Source of the DNA: Octopus vulgaris
Taxonomy: Eukaryota
DNA length: 64,000 nucleotides
Reading direction: 5' to 3'
Assembly: GCA_951406725.2 (NCBI GenBank)
Contig: OX597821.1
Location: forward strand, 114,576,001 to 114,640,000
A program made the translations under genes and the position numbers. Of the stretch, positions 1 through 13,473 are shown piece after piece; positions within the stretch are counted from its first letter, which is position 1; each line of letters starts with the position of its first letter. The notes beneath the pieces are model-generated. The model saw nothing but the letters and a program-made list of their open reading frames with translations, did not search any database and was not told the DNA's origin.

Positions 1-100
1 TCTCTCTAATGCCAAAGTTTGGAACATAACCCTTCAGGATTTTCCATACATATATAACATATCTTAGCATTCAAGAGAGTACCAAAGCTTGAGTATCTCA
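1..100 (-). mobile_element. CR1/L2-like LINE 3' remnant
   Basis: Frameshifted LKL.YSLE...IYVWKIL.G.VPNFG on the minus strand. Confidence 0.5.
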
Positions 101-3100
101 TACAAGATCACCAATTCTCAAATCATGACCAAATTTCCTAAAGTGAACCAGATGCAACCCAGAATAATGTATGAGCAAAGAAAGAAAGAAAAAATCCTGG
201 GGCCAAAGTCTCCTTGAACTAAGAGAGGAATGAGAAAAAGAAAAGAGATGAAAAAAAAGACGAAGTTGAAAAGGAATATTAGTGTGAAGTTTAGAAATAT
301 CAGTGTGTCACCTGTTACTTGGTTTTATTTTACCCCCTCAGTCCTTTAATTTCTCACTCCCTCTCTCATACACACCAACATAGAGAGAGAGAGAGAGAGA
401 AGACAGAAAGTCTATGAGGAATGTGGTCATTAAAGTTCCATACAGTGGTGGATTGATAGAATTATTAGAGTCGGACAAAATTCCTTGCCCTATTTCTTCT
501 AGTTTTTTTATCTTCTGAGTTCAAATCCTGCTGAGGTCAACTTTACCTTGTATCACTCTGAGGTCAATGAAATAAAGCGCTTGTCAGGACTGGGGCCGAT
601 GTAACCAACTGACCTCCTCACCCTGCACCCAAAATAGCTGGCCACATGCTTTAATTAGAAACAATTCCACATTTAAGTCAAATCTTCAAAAACTTGATAC
701 ATGGTTTCAAATTACAGTGGAAAACAATTTATTGTTTCACCATTTTTTGTTTAAATTTGTCCAAATTTCTAAAATATTAAGGTTTTAAACTGTTAAGTAA
801 TTTTTGGGGGGACTTTTTTAATGCTTTTACCCTGAGAAGAATTTTATAGTTCAATAAAATTATATAAAAGCATTTTAATCTCATATTGTGAACTGCATGA
901 GAGAAGAGAGAGTTGTGTGTGTGTGTGAAGGGGAGTGACAAGTGTGTCAGAGATGTGTGTATGTGACAGGGAGGTGTGTCTGTGTGACAAGGGTGTGTGT
1001 GTGTGTGACGGGTGTGTGCGTGTGTGACGGATGTGTGCATGTGCGACAGTGGGGGGGGATGACGGGTGTGTGTGTGTGTGACAGGTGTATGTGTGTGCAC
1101 GTGATGGTCTGTGATGTTTACAGGCTGAAACACCAGCTTTTAGATTTAACATAAATATCATACACACACACAGTGGTAAAAAAAGGCTGAGACCACAGGA
1201 GCAGTTGATCCAGGTGGGATTTGAACTCTAAAATAAAAATGGATCCGTCAGAATTTCCAAGCATCAAGTTCAATTGATTTATCAGTTAAACTACCAGGTT
1301 CATTCAATAAACATGACTGAATATTCCACAGACAAGTGATGTACCATTGTTGTAATTCCCAGAAAGCACCAGCATGACTGGGTGCGGGGCAATTTGGTCA
1401 GCCCAAGGCTATAGAAGACCCTTGCCTAAGGTGCCATGCTGGGGGACTGAACCTGGAAGCATGGTTAGGAAGGATGCTTCTTACCACACAGCCACATCTG
1501 CACCTATGTATACACATACATATATACACACATATGTACATACATACATAGATATTCTTTTACTGATTTCAGTCATTTGACTGTGGCCATGCTGGAGCAA
1601 TGCCTTTAGTCAAACAAATTGATCCCAGGACATATTCTTAGTAAGCCTAGTACTTATTATATTGGTCTCTTTTGCCGAACTGCTAAGTTACAGGGATGTA
1701 AACACACCAATATTACTAACACGAGATTCTACATAACCTCATTCACAAGTTATGGGTCGACACAAGGTTATACTAAATAAACATACATCCAGGACACCAC
1801 ACAACAGAATCGAAACCAGAGCCTTGTGGCTGCAAAGCAAATTTTTTTTTTATTTAACCATTCAGTCATCGAGCGCCTATGAAGTAAAATGTTAAACACA
1901 GCGAAACATTTTGTCCTGCCAACCAACCAACCAACCAACCAACCAGCCATCCTGTAAAGCAATTATGTAATTATAGAAAATTATATAAAAAGGAATAAGA
2001 AAGTAACATGATGAAGAGTAAGGGAAGAAGAAAAAAGAATGATGCTGAGTGCAGAATAGAAGAGACAGAATGGTGGTGGTGGTGGTGGTGGGGTTCGAAT
2101 GGGGATAGAGGTGATGTAAGTGAATGACGAATTTACGATTAATATAGAGGGGTGGTGGTATATGGTAAATGAGTGATGTTAAGAGGAGTGTGTGTATATA
2201 ATATACAAACGTGTATACACACACACACACATATAGATTCTTTTATTTGTGTCAGTCATTTTACTGCGGTCATGCTGTAACACCATCTTTAGTCAAACAA
2301 ATCGACCCCAGGGCTTATTCTTTGTAAGCCTAGTACTTATTCTATCGGCCTCTTTTGCTGAACCGCTAAGTTACATAAACACACTAACATTAGTTGTCAA
2401 GCAAATTATATATACACATACACACGATGGGTTTCTTTAAGTTTCCATCTACCAAATTCACTCACAAGGCTTTGGTCGACCCGAGGCTATAGTAGAAGAC
2501 ACCTGCTCAAGGTGCCACGCAGTGGGACTGAACCCAGAACCATGTGGTTGGGAAGCAAGCTGGTAACCACACAGCCACCCATGTGCCTATCTATATACAT
2601 ATACGACAGGCTTCTTTCAGTTTCCATCTATCAAATCCACTCACAAGGATTTGGTCGGCCCGAGGCTATAGTAGAAGACACTTGCCCAAGGTGCCACGGA
2701 GTTGGACAGAACCCAGAACCATGTGGTTGGGAAGCAGGCTGCTTACCACACAACCACTCCTGTGTTTTATTTATATATATATATAACACAAATAAGAGAG
2801 AGAAAGAGAGAGAGACGGGCTTCTTTCAGTTTTCGTTTACCAAATCCACTCACAAGGGTTTGGCTGGCTCAAGGCTATAGCAGAAGACACCTGCCCGAGG
2901 CGTCACCATGTGGTTGGTAAGCAAATTTATATGTATTTGGAGGTGAGGTTGAGTGGTAATAAGTTTGCTTTCCAACTACATGGTTCCTGGTTCAGTCCCA
3001 CTGCATGGCACCATGGGCAAGTGTCTGCTACTATAGCCTCGGGCCGACCAAATCCTTGTGAGTGGATTTGATACATGGAAACTGAAAGAAGCCTGTCAAT

Positions 3101-3132
3101 ATATATATATATAGATATATATATATACACAC

Positions 3133-3237
3133 ACAGGTTGATTCAAAAGTCACCATACATAGGAAAGATAAATTTTTTTATAAGAAACGGTTAAATAAAA
3201 AAAAAAAATTATGTATGGTGACTTTTTAATCACCCTG
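3133..3237. mobile_element. Mini Tc1/mariner-type MITE
   Basis: TIRs CAGGTTGATTCAAAAGTCACCATACATA / TATGTATGGTGACTTTTTAATCACCCTG. Confidence 0.7.
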
Positions 3238-4655
3238 TGTGTGTGTGTGTATATATATATATATTTTTGATTTTGATTTGATTTTATATATAAATATATA
3301 TATATATATATAAAATCAATGGTCCACCACGAATCATAAGCGTATAATGCCGGTCTTCGCAGATTCGGTGGCGTATACCCACTTCATTAGGACTTAGCAG
3401 CTGAGTGGAATCAAGCAAAGTAAAATAAAGTATTTTGCTCAAAAACACAACACATCGTCCAGCCCGAGAATCGAAACCACAACCTTACAACCATGAGAGC
3501 AACACCCTTACCATGAAATCACGTGCCTCCACACAAACTTTTATTTTTGTGATGTATCATTTTTCACACACAAAATTGTCGAAGCAAGGAATAAACTACC
3601 AGCTTCAGTTGTTAGAGGTCAGGACACTGCATCCTTCAAAAATTTTGGCTACTTAAAATCCTCCAACACTACTCCTGGCTTGTCAATGCATCCTTTCCTC
3701 TTTATCACCATTTTCTGTGCGTTTTTGTTTTAATCTGTGTCGCGTGCATCATGTACATTTCATTGCCGTGTTTCTTTACTTGGCTTATGGCTGCTTTTTT
3801 TTGCTCCCTCTTTTCCAGGGTGTTTTAGTGCCCCTGAACACTGTATACAATAAGCTCATTATTATTAAAAATTCTGGCCGTAGGTGCACAATAACGAAGT
3901 GTTTCAATATGGAGACTGAATCAGTAATGCCTGTCTCGTCTCCACAATTGTTTAAACGTTGGCTTCTCTGCGAGTTCTCTAGTCTTTTGACAGGTTTTAT
4001 TTTAAATTCTCATTTATCCTCACACACCCTCCTCATCCAGTAAAGTAAGAGATGGGCAGCTTAATCACTGAACCCCTGACCACGAAACAGAATTTCTGGG
4101 TTCCAGGTACCATTAACAGGTACAACATGACCTGGCCAAATTACTATGTAATAAATATACTCATAACAAAAGAGGAAACTTTGATGAAAACACTTTTTGT
4201 TGGTTTCCAGCCTGGTTCGGGGGTCAAATTGCAACCCTCGGCCAAGTAAATCTACTCCAGCATATAACCAGGCAAGAATTTCCAAGAATACCATATATGT
4301 TAAAACATTTAACTGAAAGATATTGTAATAAATTTGTGAGACAAGAGAAAACTTTCAAACAATCTCCAAACATGAACAAAATAAGCGCGAGGTACTAATA
4401 CATGTATAAAACATAGGAATTTAGTTATAAACTTTCGCCATCAAAAACTTCTTCCAAAAGTGTCATGCAATTAATTAGAAAAGCAACTAAGTTCGATAAA
4501 TATATTTTCATTAAGATACAAGTAAGTATTTGCAATGACATTGTAATTCATTTAGAAACATTCAGCTTTGGAACGGAATGTATTTGTGCAGGATATATAT
4601 ATATATTGCGTTTCAATTTCTTCGTAACATGCTGGCGGGGATAGAACTCACTCAC

Positions 4656-4740
4656 CTGTTGCAACATCCAGCAAGTAAATGATGGCAGACAGAACAACAA
4701 TTGCCACATCTTGGCTGTGAAAATCTCTTCCAGTTGACAT
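4656..4740 (-). CDS. Possible first coding exon of an XK-related (Xkr) membrane protein; downstream exons not recovered, may be a pseudogene
   Basis: MSTGRDFHSQDVAIVVLSAIIYLLDVAT ends at a perfect CAG|GTGAGT donor (phase 1, next codon begins with G); resembles XK-family TM1 D...YxxDVxTD. Confidence 0.4.
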
Positions 4741-7419
4741 ATTCTGCGGTACATTATCCTGAATTCCCTTCCGGAGACCAGGTACACAGTAAAACCATCG
4801 CCATCAAATAAATTCCATGAAAAATCCACAGAATTTTTATTTCTTTTATCTTATCTCATTCTCCCGTAAAAAAACAATAAAAATGTAACTCTTTCCTGGA
4901 TCCACCCTGTCGTGTACACCTCTCACTTTTTCTTCGATTCATTCATTCATTCATTCTATATAAGTAAGAATCCCAGATTGCGTCCGCGCTTGGCTGTCGT
5001 CCGCTAAACAAACTGGTCGCATCTCTAATGAGGGTTTGTTTGAATTTGGCGGATAGATAAAATGTTATCATGTGACAATAGTTTTATCTAATTACAGGGA
5101 TTTGCCTGTCTTCAAGCCTTACTGCTCACTTGTTGCATGTGTCAACTAATCATCGCCAGGACGGATTGCTTTTAAGCCGTGAACGGGGCTCATTGTTGCA
5201 GTAATTATATTAATACTTATGTTTATGGAAGAGCTTTGGGGACATAATAACACAGCAGGGTTTCTTTCTTTCTTTTCGATGACTGCTGTGAAGAAGCAAC
5301 TATAATATAATTGCTGCCAAAAACACATTCATTTACATAACGTAACACAACACGACGGAAGCATGTTGTGGAAAATATTCATGCTAGACATAGCAGTCAA
5401 CTCCCCCTCGAATTACATTACACGTTGGATAACGGAATATTGGGTTCTCTGCATGGAAGAAAATCATGGCATAGACAGGGCTGGAATATTTTAGATAATA
5501 GGTCTGCTACACCAAGACTGGCCTTGGTTAAACAACAACACCTTTAACCAGTTTATATAATTCTTTTACTCTCGCGATGAAATGAAAATCATAAAAAATA
5601 CTTATACATTACGTTTGTTTCTTCTTCTTGTCTCTACTCTTTTTGTCACATAGTTTGATCTAACGATGTTTCCTTTACTTCAAATAATAAAATCTGTTTG
5701 TTGTCATGTTATTTAATATGTATTATCCACAGACAAAAGCGAGTTACAGTGTTTTCAAACGTAAATTAATGGCAGATTTGCTGATGAAATTTAAATAAAG
5801 AATTTAGGACGACAAAGAATTAAAAAAAACAAAAAAAACTCAATTTAAATCGAAGAAACACGGCAACTGACTATCAACAACTGAAATTCAAACTTGCCGG
5901 TACCTTGTTCACGTGATTGTTGATTCAATCAATATTTTCCCCTCACCGGCAATTAACCGTTTCTTCAGTGACTGCCTGCAGTTGCAGGTGAGTCATTCGT
6001 GAACAGGTAACGTTGATTATTAGAAAACTTTATACAACACCTGGCGCTTTAACTTTTATCAGCCAAGTGGGTAACGGCGAATTAGGGCAGGGTAAGATAT
6101 TGGTGAGATAAAAAGGAAAGAAAGGAGACGAAGATCAGATAAAAAAAAAACACTTATACTTTTAAAACATATTAAATTAAAGGAGAAACACAGAGAAAAG
6201 TGGGTGGCTTGTGTGAGTGTGAGGGGGTAATAGCTTGTGGGGAGGGAGAAAGACGTTAAGTACAATATTTGCTTCTAATTTAGGCATATGGCTAACAATT
6301 TTGAAGAGATGCGTCGGGGTCAGCCGATTACATCGACACCAGTACTTGACTGGTATTTTATATTTATCAACCCAGGAGGGATGAAAAGCAAAGTTAACTT
6401 CGAAAGGATTTAAATTCACAACTTAAAATAATCGGGACAAATAGTGTGACGTAATTTTTTCTTCGTCGACCCTCAACCCATTTTGCAAAAATTGCGTGTT
6501 CATCATTTTACCTTTCTGTCTTTTGGTGACAACGAGGAAAGAATTTAAAAAAATAAAGAGACACAGAAAAGCAGATAGACATAAAGAGAGAGAGGAGTGA
6601 GATCAAATGTATAATGTGTTAATTCTTTTATTCTCTAGGCACAAGGCCCGAAAATTTGTGGGGAGTGGGGAAGTTGATTAGATCGATGCCAGTACGCAAC
6701 TAGTGCTTAATTTATCGACCCTGAAAAAATGAAAGGCAAATTCGACCTCGGCGGAATTTGAGCTCAGAACATAAAGGCAGACAAAGTACCTATTTCTTTA
6801 CTACCCACAAGATGCTAAACACAGAGAGGACAAACAAGGACAGACAAACGGATTAAGTCGATTACATCGACCCCAGTGCGTAACTGGTACTTAATTTATC
6901 GACCCCGAAAAAATGAAAGGCAAAGTCGACCTCAACGGAATTTGAACTCAGAACATAACGGCGGACGAAATACCACAAAGCATTTCGCCCGGCGTGCTAA
7001 CGTTTCTGCCAGCTTGCAGCCTTAAAACAATGTTTTAATTCGACAGAGCGCAAATCGAGCTTTTGTAGAGAGAAGTTTATAAGTTACGAATAATAAACAT
7101 TTTACAAACTCTTTTCGGAAAGTATATTACTGGTACTTACATTATGGACATTTGAGAGAAAAACACCAAAGAGACACTGTAAACACTACTTCAAATGAGG
7201 GACCTCACCTACTGACGATCTCTCCTGGCAAAAGCACGTCTTAACATAGCTAGAACCACATTCCAGAAACTAGCCTTTCTCTTTAAGACCCCAAGGTATT
7301 TGAACTGCCAACAGTTATTGACATTCTACTCCACAATGGAGTACTACTCTCTCACCTAAGATGGTGTTGCTGCTACTAAGTACAAAGACATCCTGAATTA
7401 GCCATTAAACAAAATAAGC

Positions 7420-7751
7420 ACAGGTTTTTTTGGAGGGGGGGCGCATCAGGGGAAGTGGGGCACCTAAAAAATGGTAAATAGTTTACGGCACAAAAGAAAT
7501 CACTTTAAACTTACTAAAATAATATCCGGGACGCCGCATCTCTACTAAGTATAGAAACAAATGTATCATGTAAGATTAACTTTGAGGATCTGATCAAAGA
7601 CTTTGCAATTAAAAATAGTAGAAAAATTTTCAAACATAAATAAAGTGGAAATATATAAAAATAAACATTATTTTTCATGTTACCGTTAATTTTAATTTTG
7701 TTTATATATATTTAAGTGCTTAGGGCTTCTGCGGGTCTTAATCCGGCTCTG
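7420..7751 (+). mobile_element. hAT transposon remnant
   Basis: hAT dimerisation-domain fragment LLSIETNVSCKINFEDLIKDFAIKNSRK (about 7545-7630) and hAT-type end CTTAATCCGGCTCTG. Confidence 0.65.
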
Positions 7752-8072
7752 AGTACACAGATATCCTGAATCGCATTCAGAGAAGGACCACCCGGATGAT
7801 TGGCAATCCATCACTAAAAGATATGCTCAAGCCCACGAGTAGCTTTGCTAGGATGGACGGGTGGAGATGGGAGATGGGAGGGAGAAGCAGGCCATCCCAG
7901 GGACGCTTTTATAAAGGTGACACTTTTGGGTCAACTGTATAAGCTTGTATAGCGGCGGCCAATTCGCAGACTACCACGGGCGGCACACACTCTAGCCCAG
8001 TCACTGTGACCCACAAACGTACTATCTCCTCACCCTGTCTTTTCTATTATTACTATCATGGCCTTTGCTCCT

Positions 8073-8680
8073 TGTAGCTAACTGGTCTCATACAATCACT
8101 ACTCAGGTAACTCTGATCTACTTGCGGAGATCATGCATCATGACCAAACTACAATAGTTTCACATGATCGGCCCATTAAGCAAGCAATCAGCGTCAAGCT
8201 ATCACGTGATTCAATTTTTTAGAATCTTCTGATCGTACCCTTTATAAGCCGCTTTTGGTACCTGAACTCTTTGCAGAGCTTTGAGAGAGGCTGACTCATT
8301 CACACGTCTCACCTCTTGCTAGGAAGAATGTTGATGCAGCTGGGCAACGTGTTTCCATTCTTGTCACAGCCAGACGATCCAGGAAGACGATTAAAACAAA
8401 AAGCAAATAGATGACAGGAATGTCCGTCACCACGAATATAGCACAATTGTTTCCAGTTATGCTGGGCCAGCCACATATTACTATATCAATAAACCCGTCC
8501 AAAACTCCAAGCGTCATGTCTCTCCCAGTATGTAATTATTGCTGCTGTTATCTGTAAAAGAGTTAAAACTCTATGTGCAATAATAAAATCTTTTGTTAAT
8601 TGTTCGCGGATGTTGTTGGGTTACTTCTTCGCGCAGCCCAAGAAACACATTTTCATTCACCAACTCAACCAGTGACCACA
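8073..8680 (+). mobile_element. Solo LTR-like segment (about 600 bp)
   Basis: TGT...ACA ends with an imperfect terminal IR (TGTAGCTAACTGGT / ACCAGTGACCACA), TATA-like TTTATAAG at about 8241, AATAAA at about 8582; TSD not conserved. Confidence 0.45.
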
Positions 8681-8753
8681 TCAGATCAGCCGACAACATC
8701 CCTCACGACACACTCGTCACTCCACTTACTGTCACCCTTGCATCAAACACCCA

Positions 8754-8809
<56 letters not shown>

Positions 8810-9739
8810 CACTATGCCAATCCTTCTTTATCCAGCCCTTTCTCCCCTCTGGAATCTCTTCTTTGCTAATGTCTCTCCCAGATGTTGATCTGTAACAGTT
8901 TAAATAGAATATTAACAGCATCCATCTCCCCAGTCTCAGAGGCCCTGTAAGGGTCATCAGCTCGGTTATTTCCTTCAAACCCCTAAAGAAAAAAGAAAAA
9001 AAAATACAATTTGAGTCTCAACTAACTCTGCCAATCAAAGAAGAATTCACGTCAATAGATATTTCGGTAACATTTGTAAATGAATTAACCGAAATATCTT
9101 GGAATAAACAAAATGTCTTTTGTGTAATTTTGAAAAGCTGGCGAGAAATAATTGTATGGGAAAGAGAGAAAAAAAATATCAGTCAATAATTGAGATTAGA
9201 GGAATTTGTGTGTGTGTGTGGGGGGGGGGGTGTTCTGATAACATGGGAGTCAACTTCAGACATATTTCGATATTATTCTGATCATATTAGCGAATAGATT
9301 TCACCGTAATCAATCAAGTAAGATACAGAAGAATCATTCTTATCTGAATGTACATGACGTAGGAACTGTGACGAGGCGTGAGGTTTGGCCGTTCTTTGAG
9401 GTTAACCAAACTGTCTGTCATGCTTTCTTAAACATAACATTCTTTCGATCCTCTTTTTGAACTTTACCCAATGAGTTAAATGCACCTGGGTACTGCATTG
9501 TTATTGTCACTATTGACGGCCGAGTGGCATATAAGGCAGCGGGAAGGCAGAACCGTTAGCACACCGGGCAAGTATTTCGTCCGTCTTCACGCTCTGTGTT
9601 CAGATTCCGTCGAAGTCGACTTTACCGTTCATCCTTTCGAGGTCGATAAATTAAGTACAAGTTTAGTACTATTGGGGTCGATGTAATCGACTATCCACCT
9701 CCCCACAAATTTCAGGCCCATGTGCCTATAGTAGAAAGG

Positions 9740-9799
<60 letters not shown>

Positions 9800-9953
9800 T
9801 ATATTTTTCCTTCTTTCTTTAAATTTTCTTCCGTTTCTCGCCGAGTGTTTTCCACACACCTAGGGCAGAGAAGCCCATTGTATGCATTCCCAGATTATAC
9901 GCGCAAAATTATAATTAGTATTATTATTAGTAGTATTAGTATTATTATTATTG

Positions 9954-10245
9954 GTGCCACTTTGGCCTGTGATTTACAAGGGAGATTACTGTAGGGCATG
10001 CTTAGCATTGTAAATGTATTTTGCAAAATTCATACTATTTTAATTATAAGAAAACCATGTTTCATCTATGTCTTAGTAAATAATAATAAGAAGAAACCAA
10101 AAATAAACAATATAATAATTAAAACAAGCTCATAGATCACCCACCAAAGAAAATTTGCTCACGTAGATCACACGGAAAGTAGCACTAACACAAACTAACC
10201 TAAAGTAATCTCCCTTTAAATTGTAGATCACACGCCAAAGTGGCC
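9954..10245. mobile_element. MITE
   Basis: TIRs GCCACTTTGGCCTGTGATTTACAA / TTGTAGATCACACGCCAAAGTGGC; internal TAGATCAC repeats. Confidence 0.65.
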
Positions 10246-10849
10246 CCATTATTATCGTTATTAAGGCAGAGAGCTGGTAGAATCGTTAGCACGCTGGACG
10301 AAATGCTTAACTGTATTTCGTCTGCCGCTACGTTCTGAGTTCAAATTCCGCTGTGGACGACTTTGCTTTTCATCCTTTCGGATTCGATAAAATAAGTACC
10401 AGTTGAATATTGGGGAGTCGATGTAATCGACTCATCCCCTCCCCACAAATTGCTGCCCTTGTGGAAAAATTCGAAACCATTATTATTATTATTATTATTA
10501 TTATTAGTAGTAGTAGTAGTAGTAGTAGTATGGTGAGGATGCATGGCCTAGTGGCTAGAATGTTGCACTCACGATCGCGGTTTCAATTCCTAGACCGGGT
10601 GGTGCGTTGTTTTTGAGCGAAACGGCTCATCTCACGATGTTTTGTGATCACTCCAACACCTGGTGCGTAGTATACCGTTCACCTGTTCAGACAGCGTCGA
10701 TTTGATGGAGAGAATGAGCTAATATTGTGCAAGATTTGATCACTAGAAACAAACCATTTGTGCAGGTCGTTCGGCAAAACGGCTGAACACTCATACGTCA
10801 CGTTCGACGGGAAAGTCCTACCACCCCACCCCCACCACCGTCATCAAGT

Positions 10850-11215
10850 GGAGGTGCAATGGCCCAGTGGTTAGGGCAGCGGAATCGCGGTCGGAGGATC
10901 GCAGTTTCGATTCCCAGACCGGGCGTTGTGTGTGTTTATTGAGCGAAAACACCTAAAGTTCCACGATGCTCCGGCAGGGGCTGGTGGCGACCCCTGTTGT
11001 ACTCTTTCACCACAACTTTCTCTCACTCTTTCTTCCTGTTTCTTGTCTCCGACTTCCTACGCAACCGCTGAGCCTGGATGCGCATTCATCCATCCGTCGA
11101 TGCTCTCGGTGTCGGGGGGTTGACCTGCTTTCTCTTCTGCGGGTCTTACGAATAGCAAAGGACCACGTTTCGGACTTCTCCCATCTTGCGAGCACTGGGA
11201 CGAAGACCGTTCGCT
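10850..11215 (+). mobile_element. tRNA-derived SINE, CpG-rich (young) copy
   Basis: A box TGGCCCAGTGG and B box GTTTCGATTCC, then a SINE core (TTGAGCGAAAACAC) and a unique tail. Confidence 0.7.
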
Positions 11216-12534
11216 CAACAGCAACAGTAACCACCATCAACATCATCCAAACTACATGTTACAACAGACAACCTCCTCTGTGTCCGTTTATTCTCATTGG
11301 CAAACTTAACACTGTAGTGGTCAACAGCAGAGTTTCTCATGAGAAAGGGCTGTATGGATTGCCAAAAACGGAGAGATAAATATAGCAATCACTGAGCATG
11401 ACTGGGGCGAAGTCTATGGCTTTAGCTCTTTGCTGCAAGAGGTTTGAAAATGTTACATCCAATTTTGGGTAAACACCGGAACGAAAATCATTGATGAACG
11501 AATGCAACTTAAGGAGACAAACTAACAAAATAAAAGCAAGGGATTGAGCTGTCTTAAGCCCATCGGAGTTATATCCCTTAGATTGGTCTCTTTCTAATTA
11601 GTGAGTTGCTTGCCAGAATTGAGATGGCAAACGTCGGTCCATTTTTGTGTGATAGATGACTATAGGGTGAAGAGGAAGTAAGGAGGAAGATGAAGTAAGG
11701 GTGAAGTGGGGCTAGAGAGACAGGGGTGCAGGCAGAGGTGGAGGAGCGTAAAGGAACAAAAGAGGGTATTTTAAAAAACGTCTGCTCGTGTATATGCATG
11801 TGTGTGCGTATAAGTATATAAGTGCCGTGTAAGTGCTTAGTGGTTAAGGGCGTTGGACTCATGATCGTAAAAATGTGGTTTCGATTCCTGGACCGGGCAA
11901 TACATTGTGTTCTTGAGCAAAACCCTTCATTTCAATTTGTTCCAGACCATTTAGTTGGCAAGCATGAGTAATCCTGCGATGGACCGGTGTCCCGTCCAGG
12001 AAGTAGGAGGGTGAGGAATATATGTGTCACAGAATCTAGGAAACGACCTCATGAGCCTAAGGCTCAAGAAAGACTCCTTCTCTCTCTCATCTATCTATCT
12101 ATCTATCTATCTATTTGATATAAAGGTTGGAGGAGGGAACATAATAACTTCTCATTTATTGTGTAAGATGCAACAATGTGGAAGGAACCAACCATTATAA
12201 TGGGTGGCGCATGAAAAAGTAAGCCGGGTGGCGTAGCATAGTCCTTATCCCTGTAATAAATTTGCAAGTGCTGGAATGGTTGTAGCTCGCCATTAGCAAC
12301 GCTATTCAGAAGCCCTGTATGGTTATTGCCTCTTTTGCTTTTGCCATCCATTTTTAATTGCTGTACATATGTGAAATGATATGAGTTCAACTTTAGACTT
12401 TTCAACACCCACTGGCATGAATTCCTGCTTAAGTGAGACTGCAGCGCCAATTTACATGTTGACTTCCTTGGACTTCGAGTAATCCTTTGCCAAATGTCCT
12501 GAATAACATTCAGGGTTCGAACTGTAGAATCTCT

Positions 12535-13385
12535 GGATCTTTTCGGTTTGACCGGCAGTTTTTTAAAATGAGTTCCACGTAACTAAACACTTTTAAACTT
12601 CGTATACTGGTAGAATGTGCTTATAAAACATCTTTTTCTCTTGGCTTTATTGAGAAAATTCTGTAGTTTGTAAGATATTTGTTATTTTTTCTTCTTCAGC
12701 ATATTAGTTGATTGCAAGATTGAATTAAGTGAACGTCTCTAACCTTTTTCTGCAAGATGGCGTTCTCATTAGCGGAAAGAGTGCAGGTTGTGGAAGTATG
12801 GGAGAAGGTGTTCTGCTAAGAAAATGCATAAAATTTTTGAAGCTGAGTTTCCAAGTAAAGGCTTAGCGGCAAAAGAATGCTACAAATGTTGCTTAAGAAA
12901 TGATACACTTCAGGACCGGAGCACAACACCCCAAAACAAAGAGATTCGGATTTTTTCGGTTTGACCGGCAGTTTTTTCTAGCGGTGTCATATGAAATTGT
13001 CGCCCACAATTATGACCCTAACATCGATCTATTGCATTTCAATCTGTTTTAGGGTTAGGGTTAGTTAGGGTTAGGGTTAGGGGTGGGGGGAAGGGTATAT
13101 TTTTTTTCCTCAGAAATGTAAATAAACCCAATCTGTTTCTTAAACGAGGGACATATTCATACGGCACAGAATGTTTTCACCTCAATAGACGTCATTGATT
13201 GGTTGAAATTGCAGAAATTGAAGAAGAAAAAAAAACAACAAATATCTTACAAACTATAAAATTTTCTCAATAAAGCCAAGAGAAAAAGATGTTTTATAAA
13301 TACATTCTACCAGTATACGAAGTTTAGAAGTGTTTAGTTACGTGGAACTTATTTTAAAAAACTGCCGGTCAAACCGAAAATATCC
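12535..13385. mobile_element. MITE complex with about 165-bp inverted arms, internal TTAGGG repeats and a transposase HTH remnant
   Basis: GGATCTTTTCGGTTTGACCGGCAG at 12535, a near-identical end at 12948 and the reverse complement ending at 13385; MAFSLAERVQVVEV...FEAEFP (Tc1/mariner-like HTH) at about 12757-12930. Confidence 0.75.
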
Positions 13386-13473
13386 CCAAAACGAAGTCAA
13401 ATTATATGTTCTATATAAAAGTACATCGAAAAATCTGTTGAGCTAAGTTTATTGTTCACTGCATACTTCTGCA

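Noticed and set aside
4548-4829. 93-aa minus-strand ORF as the real product
   Set aside because: It reads through a perfect donor; the alternative frame (4740-4656) gives the more plausible membrane segment
5900-6010. Plus-strand exon or promoter (CAG|GTGAGT, TGAGTCA, CACGTG)
   Set aside because: Short motifs only, with no ORF or partner exon
10850-10925. tRNA gene
   Set aside because: A/B boxes are present, but there is no closed acceptor stem or poly-T terminator and it runs into a SINE body; the same applies to the other tRNA-like heads
11110-11170. HDV-like ribozyme in the SINE tail
   Set aside because: Only a simple GACCTGC/GCGGGTC hairpin; I could not build the nested double pseudoknot
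13048-13084. Telomere or chromosome fusion site
   Set aside because: Only a few imperfect TTAGGG units, located inside a MITE
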